Of a DNA stretch of 64,000 nt, positions 55,411-64,000 are shown in pieces (position 1 is the first letter of the stretch; each line of letters begins with the position of its first letter). Source of the DNA: a virus; IMG/VR virus record IMGVR_UViG_3300019477_000133, positions 6,076-70,075 of that record. One strand, written 5' to 3'. Position numbers and translations under genes: made by a program. The notes beneath the pieces were generated by a model that was not told the origin of the DNA, made no database searches, and saw only the letters and a program-made list of their open reading frames with translations.

Positions 55411-56648
55411 ATAGTATGACGAATAGTGAAATTATACTTAAATTCAAAGAAGAATATAATAAAGAACTTCAATATATTGATGAACGCTTTATTTGTGATG
55501 GAGATATAACGATTACTCATAAAGATGAAGTTTGGTTGCCAAACAACTTAACTATCAATGGATGTTTAACTATCAAGTTGTGTTGTTTAGTATTTCTTCC
55601 AGACAACCTATATGTTAGAGATGATATTTGTGTTGAATGTTGTAAAATTCTATTGATTGGTAATCATACAACATTTAACGGAGTTACCACTATTTCATAT
55701 TGTTATATAACTTCATTACCAACAAACTTAAAATTAAACGGAAGTGTCAATTTATCATTTTTACCATTAAGAATATTACCTGACTGGAAAGAAATAAATG
55801 GAACTTTATCTATTGATAATGTATCTATTGAAGAATTACCAAAAAATTTGATTATTAAAGGTTATCTAAATATAAAAGGTGGCTCTTTGAATAAACTTCC
55901 AGAAAATTTAGTTGTGTATAATACAATTGATATATCAATGAGTAATATAAGTGAGTTACAAAATGGATTAATATGTAGAAATATAATTTTACCTGATAAT
56001 AGGGTTTGCTTCCCAGAAGAATTTATCGCTATAGATTCGTTAAAAGGAACACCTGAAAGTTTACGGGGTCTATCATTACTTAAATGTCCAACACGTAAAT
56101 TGATTGTAGATAAACCTTGGTTATTCAAACCTAAACATAAATCACAATATGAATACTTTAGTAGAGAAAATAGAGAATTATGGGTATTAAAAAATTTAGG
56201 TGTTATCTGGAAAATTAATGGCAAAGAATATTTTCATAGCGATTATGATTCTTTTTTAGGTGAAATAATTGAACAAAATGATAATGTGTTTAAAATAAGG
56301 CATTTCTATAATAATAAAGAATACGTAGTTACAACTGATGGGGTTGATAATTGGGGAAGAGCAGAAACTGTGGAAGAAGCAAAGAGCAATCTGAACCAAG
56401 TACTTAAGAGGAGATATGTCCACGACTACAAATATTATACACAAGCAAAACGTCTTTCTATCTCGGATATATCAGAGTGTTTTCAAAACATCACAGGTTT
56501 AAGTCAAACTGAAACTTTTAATACTCTTTATAAAGTTCTACCAAAACCAATCCAAGATACATATACAATTGGAGATATAATGGAATATACATCAGACGAA
56601 CATTGCACTTTCAATTTTACAGAATATTTTAAAAATAAAAATGAATAG
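55383..56648 (+). CDS. LRR-like protein with a conserved C-terminal domain (paralog family)
   Basis: LPDNLYV / LPKNLII repeats; C-terminus DTYTIGDIMEYTSDE. Confidence 0.5.
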   Translation: MVIFRRFILNSMTNSEIILKFKEEYNKELQYIDERFICDGDITITHKDEVWLPNNLTINGCLTIKLCCLVFLPDNLYVRDDICVECCKILLIGNHTTFNGVTTISYCYITSLPTNLKLNGSVNLSFLPLRILPDWKEINGTLSIDNVSIEELPKNLIIKGYLNIKGGSLNKLPENLVVYNTIDISMSNISELQNGLICRNIILPDNRVCFPEEFIAIDSLKGTPESLRGLSLLKCPTRKLIVDKPWLFKPKHKSQYEYFSRENRELWVLKNLGVIWKINGKEYFHSDYDSFLGEIIEQNDNVFKIRHFYNNKEYVVTTDGVDNWGRAETVEEAKSNLNQVLKRRYVHDYKYYTQAKRLSISDISECFQNITGLSQTETFNTLYKVLPKPIQDTYTIGDIMEYTSDEHCTFNFTEYFKNKNE

Positions 56649-56736
56649 AAGACATATAATATTGATATATAAAGGTGAATTTTTGAGTTTTATTTTCTCT
56701 GTAAACAATTATATATTAAATACTTACATGTAGTTT

Positions 56737-57102
56737 ACTGTTAGAAGTATTATACCGCAAGGTAATCACAAGAAATCAATTGACGATATAATGAGAATTG
56801 ACACTGTTAGAAGTATTATACCGCAAGGTAATCACAACATGCACGAACATTTCAAAGGTTTTAATTACGTTGTTAGTAATCCTTTACCGCAAGGTAATCA
56901 CAACGAACACCCTGCACACTATTGAAGAGAACGAGTTATTAGTAATACTATACTGAAAGGTAATCACAACTACAATTGGTCATACCTCAGACGTGCAGCA
57001 ACTGTTAGCAATACTGTACCGCAAGGTAATTACAATGAGATAATCGTGGACCATTATACACGTGCTGATTTTAGTAATACCTTACCGAAAGGCAACTACA
57101 AT
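56737..57102 (+). CRISPR. CRISPR mini-array 3: six 36-nt repeats (ACTGTTAGAAGTATTATACCGCAAGGTAATCACAAC, progressively degenerate) and five 30-nt spacers
   Basis: exact 66-nt periodicity; spacers unrelated to each other; repeats decay toward the 3' end. Confidence 0.85.
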
Positions 57103-57179
57103 TCATAGAAAACTATTATTAACGCAATATCTTAAGAAAAAAGATACATAATTATTTGGTATTTACTAAATTTATTCGT

Positions 57180-57204
57180 ATCTTTGCAATGTTAATTTAA
57201 AACA
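57180..57204 (+). promoter_or_regulatory. promoter; exact duplicate of the 4719-4743 25-mer, with a -7 TAnnTTTG box
   Basis: gtatctttgcaatgttaatttaaaa. Confidence 0.5.
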
Positions 57205-57212
57205 TAAATAAA

Positions 57213-58004
57213 ATGGAAAAGGAAATTACACCTCATGAGTATTTTCTACAGTTAAAGACTAATGTAGAAAGTATTGACAATGAAAAGTTAAAGCAATCAT
57301 TTAATAACATCTGCTTATTGGCAGAAAAGTATAAAAAGACAGGTCAAATTAAATCTTTGGAGAAACTTAAATTCCTTGCAGAAGTAATGCAGAAGGAAGA
57401 AAAGTTGTTGGAAATTGGCGTTGATAAATTTATTTATAGAAGTGTTATCGAAGATTATATTGATAATGTTTCAAAAGATGTAGTAAAGATACAAGATTTG
57501 GAAGTGTACATGCGTGAGGTACCAGATGAAATCGTAGAAGTTATAGAAAAAACAAAAGACATCTTTGATAAATTTTATGTAGTGTTTACTGATTATACTG
57601 GTCAAGAAGAAAGAAAAGTAGAACAAGAACGTAGAGATAGAGACCCGATTCTGTTTGGTGTTTTTACCGATAGAAAAGTTGTGTCTGATAGATTCTATTA
57701 TCTGGGTGATTGGGAGGATGAATTTTGTGACCTTACATTAGATAAATTGGTTGCTGAATATAAAGCTGAGAAGCATCAAGACCCAGCAATAACTATCACA
57801 ATGCCTGCTACGACAGATGAATTGATTAATACTCTTAAACAATATACTGAAACTAACAAGAGCAATACACCTGACGATATTCATCGTAATAATAATCATT
57901 TTACATTAAGTAGCAATCGGGATTTATCATCAAATGAATATTTTAAAAAGAATAAAGGTTTCTTTGGTCGTATAAAATCCATTTTCAGTAAAAATGAAAA
58001 GTAA
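57213..58004 (+). CDS. hypothetical protein
   Basis: 263-aa ORF. Confidence 0.45.
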   Translation: MEKEITPHEYFLQLKTNVESIDNEKLKQSFNNICLLAEKYKKTGQIKSLEKLKFLAEVMQKEEKLLEIGVDKFIYRSVIEDYIDNVSKDVVKIQDLEVYMREVPDEIVEVIEKTKDIFDKFYVVFTDYTGQEERKVEQERRDRDPILFGVFTDRKVVSDRFYYLGDWEDEFCDLTLDKLVAEYKAEKHQDPAITITMPATTDELINTLKQYTETNKSNTPDDIHRNNNHFTLSSNRDLSSNEYFKKNKGFFGRIKSIFSKNEK

Positions 58005-58344
58005 TGTTGATTTAACCATAAATAGAGATTTTTCAAGACGTTTGTTAAATTTAGACATAACAGATACTCGTTTAGAAGGAAGAAGAAAACCTTTTGACCA
58101 AGATGAAATAGAAGATTTTGTCTATATCGCACCATGGTTTCCAAAAGGGAAAAGAGTTATGTGGCAAGGAAACAATTACTTTGAGACAATAGAATATGAA
58201 TGTGTCAAAGAAGACGAAGAAAAAATTCCTTGGAAATTTAATAACCCAAATTGTAATATAGATGATTATTATGAATCATGGTTTACCGAACATTTATTTG
58301 ACAAACCAGTGATTAAAAGTGAAACTGAGATATTAATTAGATAA
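57994..58344 (+). CDS. hypothetical protein
   Basis: 116-aa ORF. Confidence 0.35.
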   Translation: MKSNVDLTINRDFSRRLLNLDITDTRLEGRRKPFDQDEIEDFVYIAPWFPKGKRVMWQGNNYFETIEYECVKEDEEKIPWKFNNPNCNIDDYYESWFTEHLFDKPVIKSETEILIR

Positions 58345-58347
58345 TGT

Positions 58348-58878
58348 ATGGGTGTAAATTATTATTTAAAGAAAATCCCTTCTAAAGAACGAAAAGAAGA
58401 ACTTATAGAGGCTGTTAAAAAAGATGATGTTAATACAATAAGAAACCTTACCAATAATATGTATAACAATCTTATACATTTAGGTAAGAGTTCTATCGGT
58501 TGGCAGTTCAATTTTAATCCGAATTACGAATTACAATTTAATTATGAAACTGGTGAAATAGAAATTATCTATGCTTTTCCATTAACAAGAGAAGGAATTG
58601 ATAAATTTATACGTCAAGACGGATATATAATTGTAGACGAAGATGAAGAAGATTCTATGATTCCAACTATTAGTCCTGATGAGTTTTGGAAAAAGGTTGA
58701 CAGCAAAAAGAATGATATTGTTGAGATGGATGATGCAAGTAATTCTTATTGGAGAGATACTAACAAGAATACTTATATTAACTTTCTGAAAAAAGATTAT
58801 CCTAACGGAGATTATAGTTACCATAATAGTTTTGTTAACGATGGACTTCGTTTCTCATACAGTACTGAATTTTCGTAA
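58348..58878 (+). CDS. hypothetical protein
   Basis: 176-aa ORF. Confidence 0.4.
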   Translation: MGVNYYLKKIPSKERKEELIEAVKKDDVNTIRNLTNNMYNNLIHLGKSSIGWQFNFNPNYELQFNYETGEIEIIYAFPLTREGIDKFIRQDGYIIVDEDEEDSMIPTISPDEFWKKVDSKKNDIVEMDDASNSYWRDTNKNTYINFLKKDYPNGDYSYHNSFVNDGLRFSYSTEFS

Positions 58879-59005
58879 AAATATATAATAATCCACTAAT
58901 ATTTTGGTGGATTATTTTTGTTTTATATATTTTAACTAAATTTATTTTGTAGTATCCAATTCTTTTCTTAACTTTGCAAATATAATAATCAAATAAAAAT
59001 AAATT

Positions 59006-61153
59006 ATGCGTACTTTACTAATTCTTAGAGGTTGTATGGGCAGTGGTAAGTCTACTTTCATTAAGGAAAATGGTCTTACTGATTACACATTGTCAGCCGA
59101 TGATATACGTTTAATGTTTCATTCTCCAAAGATGAATGAAGAGGGCGATATGACTATTAGCGCACGTTCCGATAAAATGGTATGGGATACATTGCATACT
59201 ATGCTTGAGAACCGTATGCGTAATGGTGATTTCACTGTTATTGATGCTACACATAAGACATCTAAGGCTGTATCTAAGTATGTAGAATTAGCTGACAAGT
59301 ATCGCTATAATTGTTATCAGCATAATGTCGAGGCAACCTTGGATGAATGTTTGGAACGTAATTTGTTACGTGACCCAGTAAGACGTGTTCCAGACATTGA
59401 TATTCGTCGTGCATACAATATGCTTCAAGAAAATAAGTTGTCTAATCGTTTCAAGGAAGTTAATGATGTAGATGACATTCTCAATTATTACATTACCGAT
59501 GCTTCTGCATACAAGGAAGTAAAGATTATAGGTGATGTACATGGTTGTCACACATGCCTTTTAGAAGCTATTGGTGGCTCTTTAAACCCAGACGTGTTAT
59601 ATGTATTCGTTGGTGATTATTTCGACCGTGGTATCGAAAATAAAGAAGTGTATGAGTTCCTATTGTCACATTATAATGATGACAACGTGGTCCTTCTTGA
59701 AGGAAATCACGAGAAGCATATCTGGCGTTTGATTAACGGTGAGGAGATAACTTCAGAATACTTCAAGATGACACTTGATGAGATAACCAAGGTTTATCCA
59801 TTGGAACAGGTTCGTAAGGAGTTAAAGAAAATTTACTATCGTATGCGTCAGTGTTTTGCATTCACATACCGTGGTAAGAAATACTTGGTAACACATGGTG
59901 GACTTACATCTGTTCCAAATCTTACAACTATTCCAACAAACGACATGATTAAGGGTGTTGGGGGATATGATATGGAAGTAGATAAGATATATGAAGATAA
60001 TTATTTGCTTGGGAAGTGTCAGGACTTTATACAAGTACATGGTCATCGCAATACTCTTTCTACCGAACATTCAATTTGTCTTGAAGATTGTGTTGAATTT
60101 GGCGGTAACTTAAAGGTTTTCTCTATAACACCAGAATATGCTTCTATATTAAAATACGAAAATAAAGTGTTTAGTATAGATAATATGAATGCTTTTCAGC
60201 AAGTAGTATATAAGGTTGATGACCCAGAAGTTAAGAAGATAATGAATAGTCGTCTTGTTAATGTAAAGGGTTGTAAGCATAACATGTACTCTATCAACTT
60301 TAATCGTAATGCATTTATTGGAAAGAAATGGAACTTTGCTACTATCAAGGCACGTGGTTTATTTGTTGATAAGAATACAGGAGAAGTAAAGATGCGTTCT
60401 TATGATAAGTTCTTTAATATTGATGAACATAAGACAACTAAGAGAAATAAACTTGAAGAAACTCTTAAGTTCCCAGTAAAAGTAACGATAAAGGAGAATG
60501 GATATCTTGGAATTATGTCAGTAGTAGACAATCAGTTAGTATTTGCTTCCAAAACAACTGACAGTGGTCCTTTTGCTGAACGTTTTGAACGTATTTTTAA
60601 CGAAACTGTTAGTAAGCACGATAAAGACCTATTGAAGAATATCCTGAAGAAAGAGAATGCTTCGGCTGTGTTTGAAGTGATTAGTCCTACAGAAGACCCA
60701 CATATTATTAGATATGAAAAGGAAGAAGTGGTATTGCTGGACATTATCCATAATGTGCTTAACCTTGGTGAAAACTATACAGAAGAGTCAGATAAGTTCA
60801 AGAATTTCTTAAGAGAAAATACATCTTTGAGAATGCCAGACGAATTAGTTATTAATACTAATGATGAGTTATGGGAATACCTACGGACTAATATAGGAAC
60901 TAATGATTCCGTAGAAGGTGTTGTAGTCACAGATGCTACTGGATTCAAGTTTAAAGTAAAGTTCAATTACTATCTAATGGTGAAGAACCTTAGACGTATT
61001 ACTCAGATATTCAGAAAGTGTAAGCGTGATGGTACGCCATTTAACGAAAAAATATGTCGTAATGATATGGAAAAGAATTTCGTTAATTTCCTTGAAAAAG
61101 AAGATGATGGAGAAATGAGTATCATTGATTTATATGATAAATTTCAAAAATAA
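59006..61153 (+). CDS. pnkP: polynucleotide kinase-phosphatase with a C-terminal nucleotidyltransferase (ligase-like) domain (bacterial Pnkp-like RNA repair enzyme)
   Basis: P-loop LILRGCMGSGKSTF; calcineurin-like phosphoesterase motifs GDVHGC / GDYFDRG / GNHE; ligase motif I-like KVTIKENGYLG. Confidence 0.65.
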   Translation: MRTLLILRGCMGSGKSTFIKENGLTDYTLSADDIRLMFHSPKMNEEGDMTISARSDKMVWDTLHTMLENRMRNGDFTVIDATHKTSKAVSKYVELADKYRYNCYQHNVEATLDECLERNLLRDPVRRVPDIDIRRAYNMLQENKLSNRFKEVNDVDDILNYYITDASAYKEVKIIGDVHGCHTCLLEAIGGSLNPDVLYVFVGDYFDRGIENKEVYEFLLSHYNDDNVVLLEGNHEKHIWRLINGEEITSEYFKMTLDEITKVYPLEQVRKELKKIYYRMRQCFAFTYRGKKYLVTHGGLTSVPNLTTIPTNDMIKGVGGYDMEVDKIYEDNYLLGKCQDFIQVHGHRNTLSTEHSICLEDCVEFGGNLKVFSITPEYASILKYENKVFSIDNMNAFQQVVYKVDDPEVKKIMNSRLVNVKGCKHNMYSINFNRNAFIGKKWNFATIKARGLFVDKNTGEVKMRSYDKFFNIDEHKTTKRNKLEETLKFPVKVTIKENGYLGIMSVVDNQLVFASKTTDSGPFAERFERIFNETVSKHDKDLLKNILKKENASAVFEVISPTEDPHIIRYEKEEVVLLDIIHNVLNLGENYTEESDKFKNFLRENTSLRMPDELVINTNDELWEYLRTNIGTNDSVEGVVVTDATGFKFKVKFNYYLMVKNLRRITQIFRKCKRDGTPFNEKICRNDMEKNFVNFLEKEDDGEMSIIDLYDKFQK

Positions 61154-61549
61154 AAAATATGATTTGTAAAATTATTATTTTAGCAGTGCTAATGATGCGA
61201 TTAGGTGTAAATTTAGCTTGGCACGGTCAGACAAGACAAGTTAAATTTAGTTTTTGGTGGACTTTAGTGTCAACTACTATATCTGTAGGACTTCTGTATG
61301 GTGCTGGGTTATTTGATTAATTAACGTAATTTAACGTGGGTTATTTGCATAATCCACGTTTTTTGTTTATCTTTGTAGCGTCAATAAATGAATTGAAGTT
61401 ATGAATTTAGATTTTACTTACTGTAAAGGTGGGAAGTTAAATACTTGCAAAAGCTGTAAACGATTTACAAACGAACTTCCTCAAGAAATGGTCATGATGT
61501 ATGTACCAAATGATTATATCAAAGAGTGTGATTTGTTCATAAATAATGA

Positions 61550-62305
61550 TTGATAGATATGGAGACAGAAAATATAAATTATGAAAAGTTTTTGGTTGTG
61601 GAAAACAAAAAACATTACTCTATAGCATATAACTCTTCCAATTACTCTACAGCATTAAATAATGCGAGTGAGTCTATATCTGTCAATACAGGTGGAAATG
61701 CTTGGGCTTGTAGTTGTGGTGAGTTTTCCATTTCCGCTACATTAGCTTATAAATCTTGTTCATTAAATAATGGTAGGGCTTCTTTAGCTATTTCTTCTGG
61801 TGCATATTCAAAAGTTATTACGTCTGGATATGAAACAATAGGTTCTATAACTGGTAGCCGTTCAGAATGTCACGTAAAAGGAGATAGAAGCATTTCGGCA
61901 TCTACAGCCATAGAAAGTTCGTGTAAAAATAATGGTTATTGGGCAATTAGCTGTGCAACCGCAGATTATTCTGAAGCATCTAATTATGGAATTTGGTCGT
62001 TGTCAGCTGTTACAGGATATGGTAGTGTTGCTTTAAATAGTGGAGATTGTTCAACATCCGTAGCAAGCACTCATAATTCAAAAGCTGTTGTTGAAGGTAA
62101 GGAATCAGTTGCCATTACTACGGGAGTTAATTGTGCAGCAAAAGGAAATGTTGGATGCTGGTTAGTTTTAACAGAAAGAGAGAAAAGACGAAAAGAACTT
62201 AGTCCTATCAAAAATATTAAAGTTGTGAAAGTTGATGGTGAAATTATTAAACCAAATACATTTTACATTTTAAAAGATAATGAAATTGTCGAAATTAAAG
62301 AATAA
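61550..62305 (+). CDS. hypothetical Ser/Cys/Gly-rich repeat protein
   Basis: 251-aa ORF with quasi-repeats SxxAxxSGxxS and multiple Cys residues. Confidence 0.4.
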   Translation: MIDMETENINYEKFLVVENKKHYSIAYNSSNYSTALNNASESISVNTGGNAWACSCGEFSISATLAYKSCSLNNGRASLAISSGAYSKVITSGYETIGSITGSRSECHVKGDRSISASTAIESSCKNNGYWAISCATADYSEASNYGIWSLSAVTGYGSVALNSGDCSTSVASTHNSKAVVEGKESVAITTGVNCAAKGNVGCWLVLTEREKRRKELSPIKNIKVVKVDGEIIKPNTFYILKDNEIVEIKE

Positions 62306-62310
62306 AGTAT

Positions 62311-62652
62311 ATGAAAGAAAAAATAGACAAACTGGTAAATGAAGTTAGAAAGAATTTTTCTATTATTAATAAAACTTTAAAAGAAATGGAAGAATCTTTT
62401 ATTTTCAAAGGCTTTGAAGATAATTTACCAACAGTTGAACAATATAGTGATGGGTATTCAATTTACTTATTAGACGAAAATGAGACAGAATTACCTGTTG
62501 AATATGCTGCTGTTATAATGGATGAAATAGGTTACATCACTCCAGAATGTTTTGAACCAATTATCTGCAGCAAAATTATGCGAGGAGAATATAAAGAGAA
62601 AGACTTATTAAATTTTCAAGAATTTTGTAAACATCTTTTAATTAAGAAATAG
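62311..62652 (+). CDS. hypothetical protein
   Basis: 113-aa ORF. Confidence 0.35.
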   Translation: MKEKIDKLVNEVRKNFSIINKTLKEMEESFIFKGFEDNLPTVEQYSDGYSIYLLDENETELPVEYAAVIMDEIGYITPECFEPIICSKIMRGEYKEKDLLNFQEFCKHLLIKK

Positions 62653-62653
62653 T

Positions 62654-63634
62654 ATGATTAAAGAATTTAAAACGAGAACAGGATGTATCTTTAGTGATGA
62701 TGTTAATCGCTTAGAATGGCTTTACGTTGGTGACTATGGTAAGGAGAATAACATCAAGGCGAATTTCTTAGGACTTAATAAAGAGATTAATGGCGTGAAA
62801 CATCATGACGTAGATTTGACTGACAAAATGGTCGTTACTATCTCTACTCAAAAAGGTTGTCCTATGCGCTGCATGTTCTGTGATTGTCCTAAAGTAGGTT
62901 ACAATGGTAATGCAAGTATGGAGGACTTATGGTTCCAAGTTGCTCATGCTATCAGGAATAGTGGTTGTGAATATACCAAACGTTTTAACCTCCATTTGGC
63001 AAGAATGGGAGAACCTTCTTTTAATGCTTCGAGAGTTTTATCTTTTCTCGATAAGAAGTTACAAAATACTGTTTCAAATAGTATGAAAGCTGATGTTATT
63101 CATCCAGTATTTACGACAATGCTACCAAAAGCAAAAAAAGATGATTTAACTTCAATTCTGAATGATTTTTGTGCTATTAAGAATGAAACTTATTTAGGTG
63201 AAGCAGGACTACAGTTGTCAATTAATTCTACAAGTGATAATCAACGTAATGCGTTATTTCGTAATCGTTCTTGTTCGCTTGTTACTATTTCTAAGATAGC
63301 AGATAGATTACCTATGCCTGTTGGACGTAAATACACATTGAATTTCCCAGTAACAGCTGAGACTAAACTTGACCCAGTCGTTTTAAATAATCTGTTCGAT
63401 AAAGATAAATTCATAGTAAAAATTACTCCTATTCATGAAACAAATGAAGCAAAAGATTTCAATCTTCAGACACAAATGGGATACTACAAATACGATGTTT
63501 ATCGTCAGTTTGAACAACCGCTTTTAGATGCAGGATGGGATGTAATCGTCTTTATTCCATCATTGGAAGAAGACGAAGATAGAATTACATGTGGAAATGC
63601 TTTGTTGCATGATTTTATTAATAAACAGTATTAA
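62654..63634 (+). CDS. radical SAM domain protein
   Basis: CxxxCxxC cluster motif in TQKGCPMRCMFCDCP. Confidence 0.65.
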   Translation: MIKEFKTRTGCIFSDDVNRLEWLYVGDYGKENNIKANFLGLNKEINGVKHHDVDLTDKMVVTISTQKGCPMRCMFCDCPKVGYNGNASMEDLWFQVAHAIRNSGCEYTKRFNLHLARMGEPSFNASRVLSFLDKKLQNTVSNSMKADVIHPVFTTMLPKAKKDDLTSILNDFCAIKNETYLGEAGLQLSINSTSDNQRNALFRNRSCSLVTISKIADRLPMPVGRKYTLNFPVTAETKLDPVVLNNLFDKDKFIVKITPIHETNEAKDFNLQTQMGYYKYDVYRQFEQPLLDAGWDVIVFIPSLEEDEDRITCGNALLHDFINKQY

Positions 63635-63689
63635 TTCAATATTCTAAATAAATTAGGATATATTAAATAACCGTATAAAGATATCAATT

Positions 63690-63977
63690 ATGTTTAAACC
63701 AAATTTTGAACCAGAGAAGTGGCAAACAGGTATTCCACCAAAGTCAACCAATATGTATGGATTACCAAAATTGTATTTGTGTCAGACGTTAAATCTTGAT
63801 TCCGCATTTGGTTATAGATATTCCTACCAAGTAGGGTTTGTAAACGAAGATAATAAATGGAATTTGGAGGATAATAGTATGTGTCATGTTACAAGATATA
63901 CACAAATTATTTGTAAAGAAACGATAGAACAACTTGTCGAAGATATACAGAAAGTTCAAGAAAAAGAAAAACAATAA
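63690..63977 (+). CDS. hypothetical protein
   Basis: 95-aa ORF. Confidence 0.3.
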   Translation: MFKPNFEPEKWQTGIPPKSTNMYGLPKLYLCQTLNLDSAFGYRYSYQVGFVNEDNKWNLEDNSMCHVTRYTQIICKETIEQLVEDIQKVQEKEKQ

Positions 63978-64000
63978 ATTTTAATTTACACTAATATGGA

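Noticed and set aside
1-64000. Integrase/excisionase, cas1/cas2 and a Cas13b effector
   Set aside because: Searched for by motif (tyrosine recombinase R..HxxR..Y, large HEPN-pair proteins) and none found. The arrays appear to be orphan and the phage appears virulent within this window.

Overview
The window is AT-rich (about 30% GC) and almost all genes are on the + strand. Promoters match the Bacteroidetes -7 motif TAnnTTTG, for example the recurring 'tatctTTGca'. Phage genes present: ClpP-type prohead protease, a 937-aa tail fibre with SHAEG repeats and a C-terminal S74 chaperone domain, SSB, a GH108 endolysin, a sigma-70-family factor, and a T5orf172 protein. Together these indicate a large virulent phage of a Bacteroidetes host (Prevotella/Bacteroides-like). 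No integrase or cas gene was seen.

Main findings:
1. Three orphan CRISPR mini-arrays (37442-37741, 49819-50249, 56737-57102) have exact 36-nt repeats and 30-nt spacers. Each repeat ends ...GGTAATCACAAC, like Cas13b (type VI-B) direct repeats, and folds as a GNRA-tetraloop hairpin. No Cas effector is in the window.
2. An intact TnpB (IS200/IS605 OMEGA nuclease) sits inside a tRNA cluster and is followed directly by a ~155-nt structured RNA, a candidate omegaRNA. A second, orphan copy of that RNA lies downstream of tRNA-Lys. The two copies differ by a compensatory hairpin change, and each is followed by a tRNA 3'-half-like sequence.
3. There are about 18 tRNA or tRNA-like genes: Leu, Arg, Lys, Asp, Gln, Asn, two Met(CAT) plus a third CAT tRNA, two Ser, Thr, Phe and two Glu. 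Two more are atypical (95 and 122 nt) and share an insert motif.
4. A complete Preiss-Handler NAD+ salvage set is present (PncA, PncB, NadD, NadE), together with a Nudix hydrolase and DHFR.
5. An RNA-repair set is present: a kinase-phosphatase-ligase Pnkp-like enzyme and a CCA-adding enzyme. A 550-aa protein has a vWA domain with a MIDAS motif behind a Ro60/TROVE-like N-terminus.
6. A duplicated small-RNA candidate with an intrinsic terminator occurs at about 3.7-3.97 kb and 47.8-48.0 kb.
7. A G10 homopolymer lies inside a BspA-like LRR surface-protein gene.
8. Three LRR paralogs share a conserved C-terminal domain.
9. An island of host-like genes (an OmpA-family protein and surface lipoproteins) lies between the tRNA clusters.
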